Shown here: positions 52,601 through 64,000 of the stretch, piece by piece
How positions within the stretch are numbered: the first letter of the stretch is position 1
Layout: each line of letters begins with the position of its first letter
DNA from: Macrostomum lignano
Lineage: Eukaryota
Assembly: GCA_002269645.1 (NCBI GenBank)
Contig: NIVC01003279.1
Span: forward strand, 1 to 64,000
Length of the DNA: 64,000 bases
Reading direction: 5' to 3'
The notes under the pieces: model-generated
What the model was told of the DNA's origin: nothing
Database searches by the model: none
What the model saw: the letters and a program-made list of their open reading frames with translations, nothing else
Position numbers and translations under genes: made by a program

Positions 52601-52795
52601 AGAGCTCCGGCCAGACAGCAGCAGCGACAGCAGCAGCCGGCGAAGCAGCCAGCCTTGGCGGAGCGTCAGCGTCGAGAGCGTCTCGCTGAGCTGAAGCGGC
52701 GAGGCAGGCAGCGGCTGCAGCACGCGGAAGATTCCGCGGCACCCAGCGATGCAGCTGACGCTGAGGGGGCCGAGGGCGTCCAAATCTTTGCATGA
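46664..52795 (+). CDS. DLGAP/GKAP (SAPAP/HURP/vulcan) family protein. Approximate exons 46664-47193 (frame switch near 46900-46930), 48030-48170, 48373-48952, 49292-49599, about 50141-50404, 51233-51635, 52314-52795; start not found.
   Basis: C-terminal GKAP-homology domain: RYFLLLAEREEQRI...LSEE|VSGILRVSAGKARLLLTEKLAQFRGLCEDN...CDLNGFWAI. It is followed by a basic RRERLAELKRR segment and VQIFA*. Upstream exons are low-complexity, so their boundaries are less certain. Confidence 0.75.
47330..47862. repeat. 24-bp intronic minisatellite (accattctcaagagtcacccctaa), about 21 copies
   Basis: DLGAP-like intron. Confidence 0.95.
49025..49295 (+). repeat. 43-bp minisatellite, about 6 copies, each containing the 3' splice site
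   Basis: Unit gaaaatttcag|tctgtgttgctactgctgttgtcagtgaattt; the last copy supplies the in-frame acceptor (tttcag|tctggaag). Confidence 0.9.
49660..50060. repeat. 30-bp intronic minisatellite (ggggtgagagtttagaatctcctatctcac), about 13 copies
   Basis: Direct inspection. Confidence 0.95.
50430..50682. repeat. 42-bp intronic minisatellite, about 6 copies
   Basis: atgggctagggctactcaaactcgaatagttgccatgcagat units. Confidence 0.95.
50737..51200. repeat. 15-bp intronic minisatellite (cctgatg[g/a]tgtgcaa), about 31 copies
   Basis: Two-variant array. Confidence 0.95.
51611..52300 (+). repeat. 27-bp minisatellite spanning an exon/intron junction, about 23 perfect copies plus a degenerate tail
   Basis: Unit gagtccctgggcctgtctgaggagggt; every copy contains GAGG|GTGAGT and encodes GESLGLSEE in the gene's frame. 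Confidence 0.95.
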
Positions 52796-52799
52796 ATCT

Positions 52800-53343
52800 G
52801 CCTGTAGATTGGAAAATCTTGCTGTAGATTGGAATAATCTTGCTGTAGGTTGGAATAATCTTGCTGTAGATTGGAATAATCTTGCTGTAGATTGGAATAA
52901 TCTTGCTGTAGATTGGAATAATCTTGCTGTAGGTTGGAATAATCTTGCTGTAGATTGGAATAATCTTGCTGTAGATTGGAATAATCTTGCTGTAGGTTGG
53001 AATAATCTTGCTGTAGGTTGGAATAATCTTGCTGTAGGTTGGAATAATCTTGTTGTAGATTGGAATAAACTTTATGTAGGTTGGAATAATCTTGTTGTAG
53101 ATTGGAATAATCTTGCTGTAGGTTGGAATAATCTTGCTATAGATTGGAATAATCTTGCTGTAGATTGGAATAATCTTGCTGTAGATTGGAATAGTCTTGC
53201 TGTAGATTGGAATAATCTTGCTGTACGAGTAGATTGGAATAATCTTGCTGTAGATTGGAATGATCTTGCTGTAGATTGGAATAATCTTGCTGTAGATTGG
53301 AATAATCTTGCTGTAGATTGGAATAATCTTGCTGTAGATTGGA
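52800..53343. repeat. 21-bp minisatellite (aatcttgctgtagattggaat), about 26 copies, starting at the DLGAP-like stop codon
   Basis: Direct inspection. Confidence 0.95.
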
Positions 53344-54393
53344 CTACAAATATCTTTTTAAAGACTTTGTTTACGCAATTTTGTTTATTGCTATATAAAA
53401 AGATCTGCTGATGTTCGTTCTGAATCCTCACTCCCAAAGCAGACAGTTGTTTCCTTTAATTTTTATTGGCACTTTGAAGCCGCCGCCTCACGGTTGTTGT
53501 TCTAGTCAGTTGCATATTGCTTTATTCTTTGTTTATTTATTTTGCTTCAATCAGTTGAGCTACGCGAGCATTTGACAATCTTATATTATAAAACCATTTT
53601 TAACTCGCCTGTTAATCGGTTGCTGATTTTGCCATTTCGCTTTCGAATCTTGTCATTTTGCGTCGCTCCAGTGCTGAGTGAGCACATTGCTTCCCTTTCG
53701 GCATAAGTGAAGATTTGCTGCACCTTCTCACTGTTTCCGCGTCTCCCCTCTGGCGGCCTCCTGCTCTGCATTTTGCTTGAAATTTTTGTAAATCAGTGTG
53801 CTGACTTTGTGTTTCACTGCCTGAGGTGTCCGGAGGTTTGAAGCCTGAAGACATTTGCAACCTGAAGATAAACCCACCTTTAGCTGGTTAATGCCAATGT
53901 CCTGTGAATAGAATCTGTAAAACCTCAAGATTCTAGCGGGAGAATGTAGCCTGGAAGAACGAGTTTTATCCATGTGCTATCAGAACCCGTGATTCAAATC
54001 ATGTGATCCAAATCATGTGATCCAAATCATGTGACTCAAATCATGTGATCCACAGCAGAGGCTGAGTCAGCTGAGTGGAGACCCCCCCCCTGCACCGCAC
54101 TGCCGCTTCACTTGCTCCCGTTTCGAGCCCACACCCGACAATTGTCTGCCAATCAGTCACTCACCATTGCCTCCGTTGTGGCCGAATTTTTTCGCGTTTT
54201 TGTGCGTCCTCTTTGACTGCAGTATTGAATGTGCGTTCATTTGGTTAAAGCAGTTCAACTGTTTTTGAATCGTCCGGTATGTGGATACAGTCGATGAACT
54301 CTCGCTCCTGACTAAGCACTGAGTGATAGGAGCGTTGAAGAATCATTAGTGTGGAATTTGGAGTTCCTGCTATCATCCATTATGGTGCGGAAG

Positions 54394-55470
54394 CATATTG
54401 TCAGGGGGATTCCGTCCCTATTACACAGATAACTTATTGTCAGGGGGATTCCGTCCCTATTATACAGATAACTTATTGTCAGGGGGATTCCGTCCCTATT
54501 ACACAGATAACTTATTGTCAGGGGGATTCCGTCCCTATTATACAGATAACTTATTGTCAGGGGGAATTCTGTCCCTATTATACAGATAACTTATTGTCAG
54601 GGGGAATTCCGTCCCTATTATACAGATAACTTATTGTCAGGGGGAATTCCGTCCCTATTATACAGATAACTTATTGTCAGGGGGAATTCCGTCCCTATTA
54701 TACAGATAACTTCTTGTCAGGGGGAATTCTGTCCCTATTATACAGATAACTTATTGTCAGGGGGAATTCTGTCCCTATTATACAGATAACTTATTGTCAG
54801 GGGGAATTCTGTCCCTATTATACAGATAACTTATTGTCAGGGGGAATTCTGTCCCTATTATACAGATAACTTATTGTCAGGGGGAATTCTGTCCCTATTA
54901 TACAGATAACTTATTGTCAGGGGGAATTCTGTCCCTATTATACAGATAACTTATTGTCAGGGGGAATTCCGTCCCTATTATACAGATAACTTATTGTCAG
55001 GGGGAATTCTGTCCCTATTACACAGATAACTTATTGTCAGGGGGAATTCTGTCCCTATTACACAGATAACTTATTGTCAGGGGGAATTCTGTCCCTATTA
55101 TACAGATAACTTATTGTCAGAGGGATTCCGTCCCTATTATACAGATAACTTATTGTCAGAGGGATTCCGTCCCTATTATACAGATAACTTATTGTCAGAG
55201 GGATTCCGTCCCTATTATACAGATAACTTATTGTCAGGGGGAATTCCGTCCCTATTATACAGATAACTTATTGTCAGGGGGAATTCTGTCCCTATTATAC
55301 AGATAACTTATTGTCAGGGGGAATTCCGTCTCTATTATACAGATAACTTATTGTCAGGGGGAATTCCGTCCCTATTATACAGATAACTTATTGTCAGGGG
55401 GAATTCTGTCCCTATTATACACATAACTTATTGTCAGGGGGAATTCCGCTCCTTAATACATAGATAACTT
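54394..55470. repeat. 40-bp minisatellite, about 27 copies
   Basis: ttattgtcagggggaattccgtccctattatacagataac units. Confidence 0.95.
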
Positions 55471-56173
55471 ATTGTTACTGAGAAGCCAAAATGCTCGTAG
55501 ATAAATGAAGGACATTGTCAGGGATGAGTTTCACCTCTTATTATATAGGACAACACAAAGCGATATTGAAGTAATAGCAATATAAAAATACATCCCCAAT
55601 TTTGTCATAGATAAAATTTATGACGAAAAGAACCTATGGATTTTGCTGTTAGGAACAATTTATTTGTTAATTTGCAACCTGTTACTTTTTCTAGTCTAAT
55701 GCAGCCTCTGCGCTGCATCGCATCTTATTTGTCTCGTTTATCTTCCGCTTTACGAATTCCGGCTTAAGCTAATCCGCTCTAACCGCGCTGCAGCAACGTT
55801 TATCGGCATTCCAGTTTTACCGCTCCAGGTGTTGTTCCAGCTGTGTTTCCTGTTTCTAGCTTGTCTTTTTTGCTGCTTCCCTAAGCTGAGTCGCCTGTCA
55901 ATCAATGCAATTTTATCTGTTGTTTTCTCCCGCTTTTTCCTTCAGCTGCGAGCCGTCTCATTAATCATAACAGGCCCGCCAGACTGCTCTTCCTGAGCGC
56001 GGGGCCTCGCACTGAACCTGGCGACTTGAATCCAATTGCTTAGAATAGACGCAGTCTTCAGGCTTTGTTGTACCAGTTGAATCGCTCAGCCCATCATGGA
56101 CTTTTCGTGTCTTTGTCACTTCTCTGCAGACCCAGTGTCAGTCGGGGCACCCACTGGCTTACGTTATTGTGCT

Positions 56174-58064
56174 GCGAGATTTGAGAATATCTAAGAAAAG
56201 ATTGTGGCCTGAAAGTCAGATTAGCGAGATTTGAGAATATCTAAGAAAAGATTTGACCTGAAAGTCAGATTAGCGAGATTTGGGAATATCTAAGAAAAGA
56301 TTTGACCTGAAAGTCAGATTAGCGAGATTTGAGAATATCTAAGAGAAGATTGTGGCCTGAAAGTCAGATTAGCGAGATTTGAGAATATCTAAGAGAAGAT
56401 TGTGACCTAAAGGTCAGATTAGCGAGATTTGAGAATATCTAAGAGAAGATTGTGACCTAAAGGTCAGATTAGCGAGATTTGAGAATATCTAAGAGAAGAT
56501 TGTGACCTGAAAGTCAGATTAGCGAGATTTGAGAATATCTAAGAGAAGATTGTGGCCTGAAAGTCAGATTAGCGAGATTTGAGAATATCTAAGAGAAGAT
56601 TGTGACCTAAAGGTCAGATTAGCGAGATTTGAGAATATCTAAGAGAAGATTGTGACCTGAAAGTCAGATTAGCGAGATTTGAGAATATCTAAGAGAAGAT
56701 TGTGGCCTGAAAGTCAGATTAGCGAGATTTGGGAATATCTAAGAAAAGATTTGACCTGAAAGTCAGATTAGCGAGATTTGAGAATATCTAAGAGAAGATT
56801 GTGGCCTGAAAGTCAGATTAGCGAGATTTGAGAATATCTAAGAGAAGATTGTGACCTAAAGGTCAGATTAGCGAGATTTGAGAATATCTAAGAGAAGATT
56901 GTGACCTAAAGGTCAGATTAGCGAGATTTGAGAATATCTAAGAGAAGATTGTGACCTAAAGGTCAGATTAGCGAGATTTGAGAATATCTAAGAGAAGATT
57001 GTGGCCTGAAAGTCAGATTAGCGAGATTTGGGAATATCTAAGAAAAGATTTGACCTGAAAGTCAGATTAGCGAGATTTGAGTATATCTAAGAGAAGATTG
57101 TGGCCTGAAAGTCAGATTAGCGAGATTTGAGAATATCTAAGAGAAGATTGTGGCCTGAAAGTCAGATTAGCGAGATTTGAGAATATCTAAGAGAAGATTG
57201 TGGCCTGAAAGTCAGATTAGCGAGATTTGAGAATATCTAAGAGAAGATTGTGGCCTGAAATTCAGATTAGCGAGATTTGAGAATATCTAAGAGAAGATTG
57301 TGACCTAAAGGTCAGATTAGCGAGATTTGAGAATATCTAAGAGAAGATTGTGGCCTGAAAGTCAGATTAGCGAGATTTGAGAATATCTAAGAGAAGATTG
57401 TGGCCTGAAAGTCAGATTAGCGAGATTTGAGAATATCTAAGAGAAGATTGTGACCTAAAGGTCAGATTAGCGAGATTTGAGAATATCTAAGAGAAGATTG
57501 TGACCTGAAAGTCAGATTAGCGAGATTTGGGAATATCTAAGAAAAGATTTGACCTGAAAGTCAGATTAGCGAGATTTGAGTATATCTAAGAGAAGATTGT
57601 GACCTGAAAGTCAGATTAGCGAGATTTGAGAATATCTAAGAGAAGATTGTGGCCTGAAAGTCAGATTTGCGAGATTTGAGAATATCTAAGAGAAGATTGT
57701 GGCCTGAAAGTCAGATTTGCGAGATTTGAGAATATCTAAGAGAAGATTGTGGCCTGAAAGTCAGATTTGCGAGATTTGAGAATATCTAAGAGAAGATTGT
57801 GACCTAAAGGTCAGATTAGCGAGATTTGAGAATATCTAAGAGAAGATTGTGACCTGAAAGTCAGATTAGCGAGATTTGAGAATATCTAAGAGAAGATTGT
57901 GGCCTGAAAGTCAGATTAGCGAGATTTGGGAATATCTAAGAAAAGATTTGACCTGAAAGTCAGATTAGCGAGATTTGAGAATATCTAAGAGAAGATTGTG
58001 ACCTGTAAGTCAGATTTGCGAGATTTGGGAAAATCTAAGAGAAAATTGTGACCTGAAGGTCAGA
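56174..58064. repeat. 48/50-bp minisatellite, about 38 copies with interleaved variants
   Basis: cgagatttgagaatatctaagagaagattgtggcctgaaagtcagattag units; no unique spacers. Confidence 0.95.
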
Positions 58065-59563
58065 GTGCAGCTGGCTGGCTACTCCCTCATCGTAGTGCAC
58101 GAACACTCTGAGCCTTGGGGGCAGCCCCTCATAATCGGGAACAGCTTCAGCGCGCATATAATTGCCGAATCAAGCCCAGGTCGGGGTGGCGTGAGTTACC
58201 GCCGAGCTCTGCCATCAGAGTTTGGCAATGAGCTTCAGCATAATCAGATTACAGCTAGCCTACTAGCGAGTAGCGAGAAAGGAATAGCGATTGATAAATA
58301 TCTTATCCGAGCAGTGGGTCCAAAAGGTTGCTCAAAGATTGTCTACTGTAAATAGAACTTTGACCGTGTGTGAGCTGGGAGATGCGGAACACTTGGCTCT
58401 GCCAGCTCAATTGAAGCCAGAATTCCCTGCAGTACATTGGCAGCAACGGGTGGCGCTTTGCTACACCCATCAGCTTCGCCGCAAGCCATGCCGTAAAGCA
58501 CTCGATCGCAGACTGCGACCCCTGCGACCGGAAACTGGAGCGCTGAAATCCCCTCCCCCAAGCAGCATGGGAGCTGCGGATTTGCGCAGGAATCTAGCTG
58601 ACCCGAGACGGCAGCTGGCCGAGGGAAAGCCGCAGCCGACAGCGAATCGCACTTGGCTCACTTTTTCCTTTACTGTTTTTTTTGTTTCCAGCCGTCCTCT
58701 CGATGGGGGCAACTGCGAAATTTTATATGTCATCTTGGCTACAGTATTCTGTCTTGGAAGATGATGGATGACGATAAAGCGCATCGTTCAGCTTCTACTC
58801 CTTCGCCATTGCCTCGCCTGTGCTCTATCCAGATTCAGTTTAAAGCTGGTCAATACAATTAGGGAAAATGATCTTTGATTCTTTGTTTTCTTAACTTTTT
58901 ACACTGGATTGGTCACAGCTGGCAAAGTCGATAAAGCCCAGCGTTTGCGCCTTTCTTCATTGTAGGGGTGAAAAATCGCCAGACTTTACGAGTAAAACGA
59001 CTTTTTTACACTGAAAATTCTAGATCTTTAACGACAATTTGTCAATAAACTCGGAAGATCAGATCGAATTTAGTTGCTTATTAATGTGATCTGACAACTT
59101 TGACAGACAGTTTCTTGGCTGGTACAGGTACTGATCAAAGCCCTTAGATTCGATACAGTGTTTGGTATTCTCTAGCCGGTAGGATTAGAAACATTTCATC
59201 GAATGTTTTTCGAATCAAAATTGCCTGTAAATTCGGAAGCCGAAATCTTTCAGCCTTCAACTCACTGCGCAGATGCCTTCATCCGGCTCTTCTGCACCCG
59301 AGCATTCAAGTTTCCTTGCAGTCGTCGGGAAAAATCAAAAAGTTACATTTTGAAACCACATCCAGACTAAAGCTGCATTTTGCAAGTCTTAAAACCCATT
59401 AGATTTGTGAATCTTAATGGCTTTCCAGAGCATGTTGTAGCGATTGCGAACTGATTGTTGCAAATCAGGGATCAGGCTTCAAGCTTCCGGCTTCAGAGCG
59501 TTTTACCTTTCAGGTTCTGCGTCTCCCAACCCAACCCTCAAACCGATGCCTGAATTTCGGGCT

Positions 59564-61672
59564 TCAGTCCATCAGCCAGTCAGTCCAGTCAAACATCAAC
59601 AGCAGTTCCAAGGCTGCCAAAGCCACTGCGGCTGTTGAAGCCCGGCCGACAATGCCAGCCGCGGCTGCCGACTCTCTCTGGCGGGCGGCCGGAGCTGCTC
59701 CTTCGGCACGCGGGTTCCTGCCAGCTCCTGACGCTGCCACGGAGCCTGCAGTAGCCGAGTCTGCAGGACAGGTGTCCGCGGCTTCAAAGAGCCGACTGCA
59801 GGCAGCGAATGCGACGAGGAGTCGGGCTGAGCGGCCCAAGCAGCTGCTCCCGCCTGCGGCTGATGTCAGCTGGCAGTTCAGCACGGCCGCGGCAGATTCC
59901 GCTGAACATGTCGATGGCCCGTCCAACATCACCGTGACGTTAGCCGGGCCGCAGAAGGACGCTTCCTGCAGGCTGGAGTTGATTTTCATGGGCTTTGGCT
60001 ACCCATTTCTCGAGTCGCATGAAATCAGTAGCATCATCAGTAGCATAACCATCAGTAGCATCATCATCAGTAGCATCATCAGTAGCAGCATCAGTAGCAT
60101 CACCAGTAGCATTATCAGTAGCATCATCAGTAGCATCATCATCAGTAGCATCATCATCAGTAGCATCACCAGTAGCATTATCAGTAGCATCATCAGTAGC
60201 ATCATCATCAGTAGCATCATCATCAGTAGCATCATCATCAGTAGCATCATCATCAGTAGCATCATCAGTAGCATCATCAGTAGCATCATCAGTAGCATCA
60301 CCAGTAGCATTATCAGTAGCATCATCAGTAGCATCATCATCAGTAGCATCATCATCAGTAGCATCATCATCAGTAGCATCATCAGTAGCATCATCAGTAG
60401 CATCACCAGTAGCATTATCAGTAGCATCATCAGTAGCATCATCATCAGTAGCATCATCATCAGTAGCATCATCAGTAGCATCATCAGTAGCATCATCAGT
60501 AGCATCATCATCAGTAGCATCATCATCAGTAGAATCATCAGTAGCATCATCAGTAGCATCACCAGTAGCATTATCAGTAGCATTATCAGTAGCATCATCA
60601 TCAGCAGCATCATCAGCAGCATCATCAAGTGATCTGACGACTCACCTGTCGGGCTGGCCCAGCTCGATCGGATTTCTTCGCAAATCGATCAGCTCGAGAC
60701 GTCGGTTGCTTGACAAAGCCGACCCTCTGGCCACAGCTCGGATCCTGTGCAGCCGGTTCTGCTGAAGCTCCAGTCGCTGCAGAGCCACCACGGCAGTCAG
60801 CAGCCTGGACGGCAGCATTTTCAGCCGATTCGCCGAGAGGCGCAACTCGACGAGCTCAGTGCAATCGATAAGCAACTCGTCAGGCAGGTGAGTCAGCCGA
60901 TTGTCGGACAGGTCGAGGGTCTTCAGGCCTCGACAAGGTGTCAGGGACATCGGGCTGAGCATCTGAATGCCGCTGCCAGTGAGCTGAAGCTCAGATAGGC
61001 GGCCACCGGAGGCTACGAGGAGACCAGGACCCAAAGTGCCAATCTGAAGTGTGATTTGGTTGGCTTTAAAAATAATGTCTGACTCTCGGAGCATGTACCG
61101 GAGAGCTGTTCGAAGATTGTTTATTTATGTACTAGCTGTAGCTACAAGTGCAACTGCGGATTTAAATAGTTCGTCACAATAGCAGTCCACAACGAACTAA
61201 TTACCTGTGAATCATGAATGCCGAGACTTCTCAAACTGGTGAGGCCCAGCATCTGCGTGGCTGACAGGCCCTCCGAGGAGCGCCAGCCCCGGATTCGCAG
61301 CCGCTGAAGCCGGCCGCAGGACCCGCCGCCCGGCGCCCGCCATAGGCCTGCAGCCGAGCCGAAGACAAAGCGGAGGTGCAATTGTCTGAGCGGCCTGACC
61401 CCAGCCAACTCAGCGCTGCAGTTCAGGCTAGCGGTCGCACCGACAGCTGACTCAGCTGATCTCGGCGGCAGGAAGATGTCGCATGACTTTTGCCATCGTT
61501 GCTGGATGCAGTGCTGCTGCAGATGCTGCTTTGGCAATAACTGTCTGTGCGCCTGCAAGAGTGCCGAGTCTTGAGTGGATCTGGGGCAAGGTAGTCTGGC
61601 TATGGCTAGAATCGGAGCAATGACGAGCAAAATGAGAATCCGGGATGTGCAGAACGTTGTAGCCTGCTCCAT
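59564..61672 (-). CDS. Secreted or cell-surface leucine-rich-repeat protein, about 424 aa, with a hydrophobic GPI-like C-terminus. Exons 61205-61672, 60646-61043, 59564-59972.
   Basis: Signal peptide (RILILLVIAPILAIA); LRRs LKTLDLSDNRLTHL, LVELRLSANRLKML, LQRLELQQNRLHRI, LELIDLRRNPI; Cys-containing segment, Ala/Ser/Gly stalk and terminal AAVALAALELLLMF; splice phases consistent. Confidence 0.8.
60025..60628. repeat. 12/15-bp (atcagtagcatc[atc]) repeat tract in LRR intron 2
   Basis: Direct inspection. Confidence 0.95.
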
Positions 61673-61949
61673 CTTCTTGCTGCTGGTTCTGTCAATAAGT
61701 ACAATTTTTGCTGCTGCAAATTCATTAATCCGGCAGCGATAATGCGAGTATATATATGGCGATCACTTCCTCCTCGTAACAGTGGATTGTCCCGTATTAA
61801 ATGGCAACTTTTATTGGGTGGAAGAAAAACTTCAGGTGCAGATGCAGCTGGGAAGATAGAGCAACACATTTGCATTGGATGGAGAGGCAGACATGTGTGG
61901 CTTGACAATAGCTAAGCAGCATTTCAACCTGTCGTTAATTATGTTGTAT

Positions 61950-62680
61950 AACTGCGCCCGGCAGCTCAACCTCCTGGCCAGTAGCAATACTGTCAGGCTG
62001 AAGTGGATTCCAGGGCACGCAGGATTTCTGGGGAACGAGCTGGCAGACACCCTCGCCAAGAGGGGCGGCTCTGGCTCTTTCTTTGGCCCTGCCCCCTGGT
62101 CCCTATCCCTTCGACGGTCATCAATCGTCAGATCGATGACTGGACTGACTCCCTACACAGGGACAGATGAGCGGGCACCCAAAACTGCCGAAAATTTCTG
62201 CCGCAGTTCCGTGCCCCTCCCGCAGGCTCAAAAACGTCTTTCTGAACCAAAATCGGAAGGATATTTGAGCCCTCGTCATGACATATACCGGCCATGGCTA
62301 CCTCGCCAGGCCCTGCTTCCTCTGAGGCGACCTCGAGAGCGAACTTTGTCCCTTTTTGCGGGTACGACAATGAAGATGCTCAGCACTTTGTTTGTCACTG
62401 CCCTTTACCAGAGACCGGCTACGCTACCTCGGGCCAAACCCGTCCATTGACGAGGTCTGCTAGCTCGACAACATCCCACGGCTCATCCAGTTCCTTCGGG
62501 CGACAAGACGAGCCACTTTCTTCCCCACGGAAGATCACGCTGCAGGACGGACCGGCGGACCACCCTGACCAGCCCCACGCCTCTGCCTGTCTGCAGGCCT
62601 TCAGGGGCTAGCGGAATGGGCGACCCTAGCCCCCCCGCTGTGTCTACGGACCATCCTGCAGCTGAGTCAAAGTAGTGTAA
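61950..62680 (+). mobile_element. 5'-truncated LINE fragment (RNase H C-terminal half plus CCHC-type zinc knuckle and 3' UTR)
   Basis: VRLKWIPGHAGFLGNELADTLAKRG, then frameshifted TYTGHGYL...CPFCGYDNEDAQHFVCHC, as in RNase H-bearing (I-group-like) non-LTR elements. Confidence 0.8.
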
Positions 62681-64000
62681 GTTATGTACGAGTATATGTG
62701 GGTACTCGTGATTACTTGGCTTATGTCCGTTGCCTATCTGCGGAAATGAGGATTCGTTATAGATTTTCGAGTTGAACTGAAAAATGAAAACTGAAAATTG
62801 AGTTGAGCATTCACCCGATCGATTGCAATCACTATTCACGGTTCACATCTTAGTCACAGTTTTTCATGCATTCTCTTAGTGAAGGGGCATCTCTGAAATA
62901 TTGTGCCACTGCTTGAGCTGTTTTTGTGTCATTCCTGGCTGAAAATTTTTTTATTATCTAACAGCTAGATTAAAAGTGCTACGAACAGCTTAAATGTACA
63001 TTTGCATAAACTACGACGTGTACCGTCAACTTAAGTTGGTACAGCTATTTTTGGTTCGTACTGACGTTTATTTTGTCCCTAAAGAGCGATTAGCTGAACA
63101 AAAATCAGGCTTCGGTTAAGCAAAAGTCGTGGCGAATACCAGGCAAAATATCGCCGCAATGTAACGATTGCGATACTCTAGTAAAAACGTAATTACACTT
63201 AGTACACGACGCGTCGTAACGACATAGCCATTTCCTGTGGGCGCTAGTGACAGTGCAGGTATTAGCAGTGGGCGCTATTAGCAGTGTGCTTCTGTTTTTT
63301 TCTCATTTTACACGAGAAAATTCGGAACGGGACGGACTGATCACGTTTCTGAGATTCAGAATTTCTCAGTCTTAGCATTGTTTATATTGTATTGACTACA
63401 TATATTTGTGTTCCATGTACTAAGTAATTCTCTACTGGAGCTCATCATTATAGCATTGTGCAGGGACAATTAGTAGGCTGCGTCCCAACAATATTATTGT
63501 GCTTGTAATGTACTCTTTAGTGTACGTACGTAAGTTATTTCTGGTTTAAGGTGTGAAAGCTGAAATGTGCTTGAAGTTGACAGAGAATAACCCTAAACTA
63601 GTCTTTCTGAAGACTTCTTTCCGGTTTTTGTACAAATTTTTCTTTTTTTCTATTTTTGCACTTTTAAAATTAAATACTAAAAGCCAGCCGAGTTCCGTTT
63701 TTACTTGCAAATCGGTTGCATCAATGAGTACCACGGATTACTACACGTAGATTTAGGTCGTTTAAAATTCACTGACGGCGAATATTGGGCAGTTTCGTCG
63801 ACAAATGAAGTTGCTGACAAAATAGAATTTGCTAAATAGCTGGTTAGCCGGCTTTACTATGGTGGTCTGTTGCAGCTAGCCATATTACTTGTACCATTCA
63901 GAAAATAAGAAACTAGAGACAGTGGGGTCGTACTATAAAGCTGTCGTGGCGTAAGCTCGATCGTACGTCGGAACTTTTACACTGAGGAGATAGGAGCAAA

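Noticed and set aside
54394-58064. 40-bp and 50-bp arrays as CRISPR-like loci
   Set aside because: Units are head-to-tail with no unique spacers, no cas genes are present, and the context is eukaryotic.
15915-60632. Long ORFs made of repeated peptides (e.g. [30 protein letters not shown])
   Set aside because: They are translations of intronic minisatellites, open in several frames on both strands, with no start or splice support. The in-frame GESLGLSEE case is reported separately.
63000-64000. Small ORFs and short palindromes at the right edge
   Set aside because: No coding signature or defined element boundaries.

Overview
This is eukaryotic (animal) genomic DNA. GC/CpG-rich coding exons, spliceosomal introns packed with private minisatellites and a dense transposon load most resemble a free-living flatworm such as Macrostomum (inference, not verified). 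Gene models reconstructed by hand: dynamin exon 1 (-), an FkbM-family methyltransferase (-), NME7 (+), glycine-cleavage T protein AMT (-, one frameshift), a lin-29/rotund/ZNF384-like C2H2 factor (-), AP-3 mu (-, complete, 420 aa), a DLGAP/GKAP-family protein (+) and a secreted LRR protein with a GPI-like tail (-). Mobile elements include two inverted Gypsy-type solo LTRs, several MITEs, a foldback element with about 600-bp arms, P-type transposase and LINE relics, and tRNA-derived SINEs. About 20 different tandem arrays occur, mostly one per intron. The most unusual signal is a set of sharply bounded CpG-free, TpA-rich domains that start just downstream of inferred promoters. A transposon copy inside one domain, compared with a sister copy outside, shows C-to-T conversion at both CpG and CpA (RIP-like). 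Second, some minisatellites are built from splice junctions, for example about 23 in-frame tandem 5' splice sites in the DLGAP gene. No CRISPR, rRNA or true tRNA was seen. All alignments and counts were made by eye.
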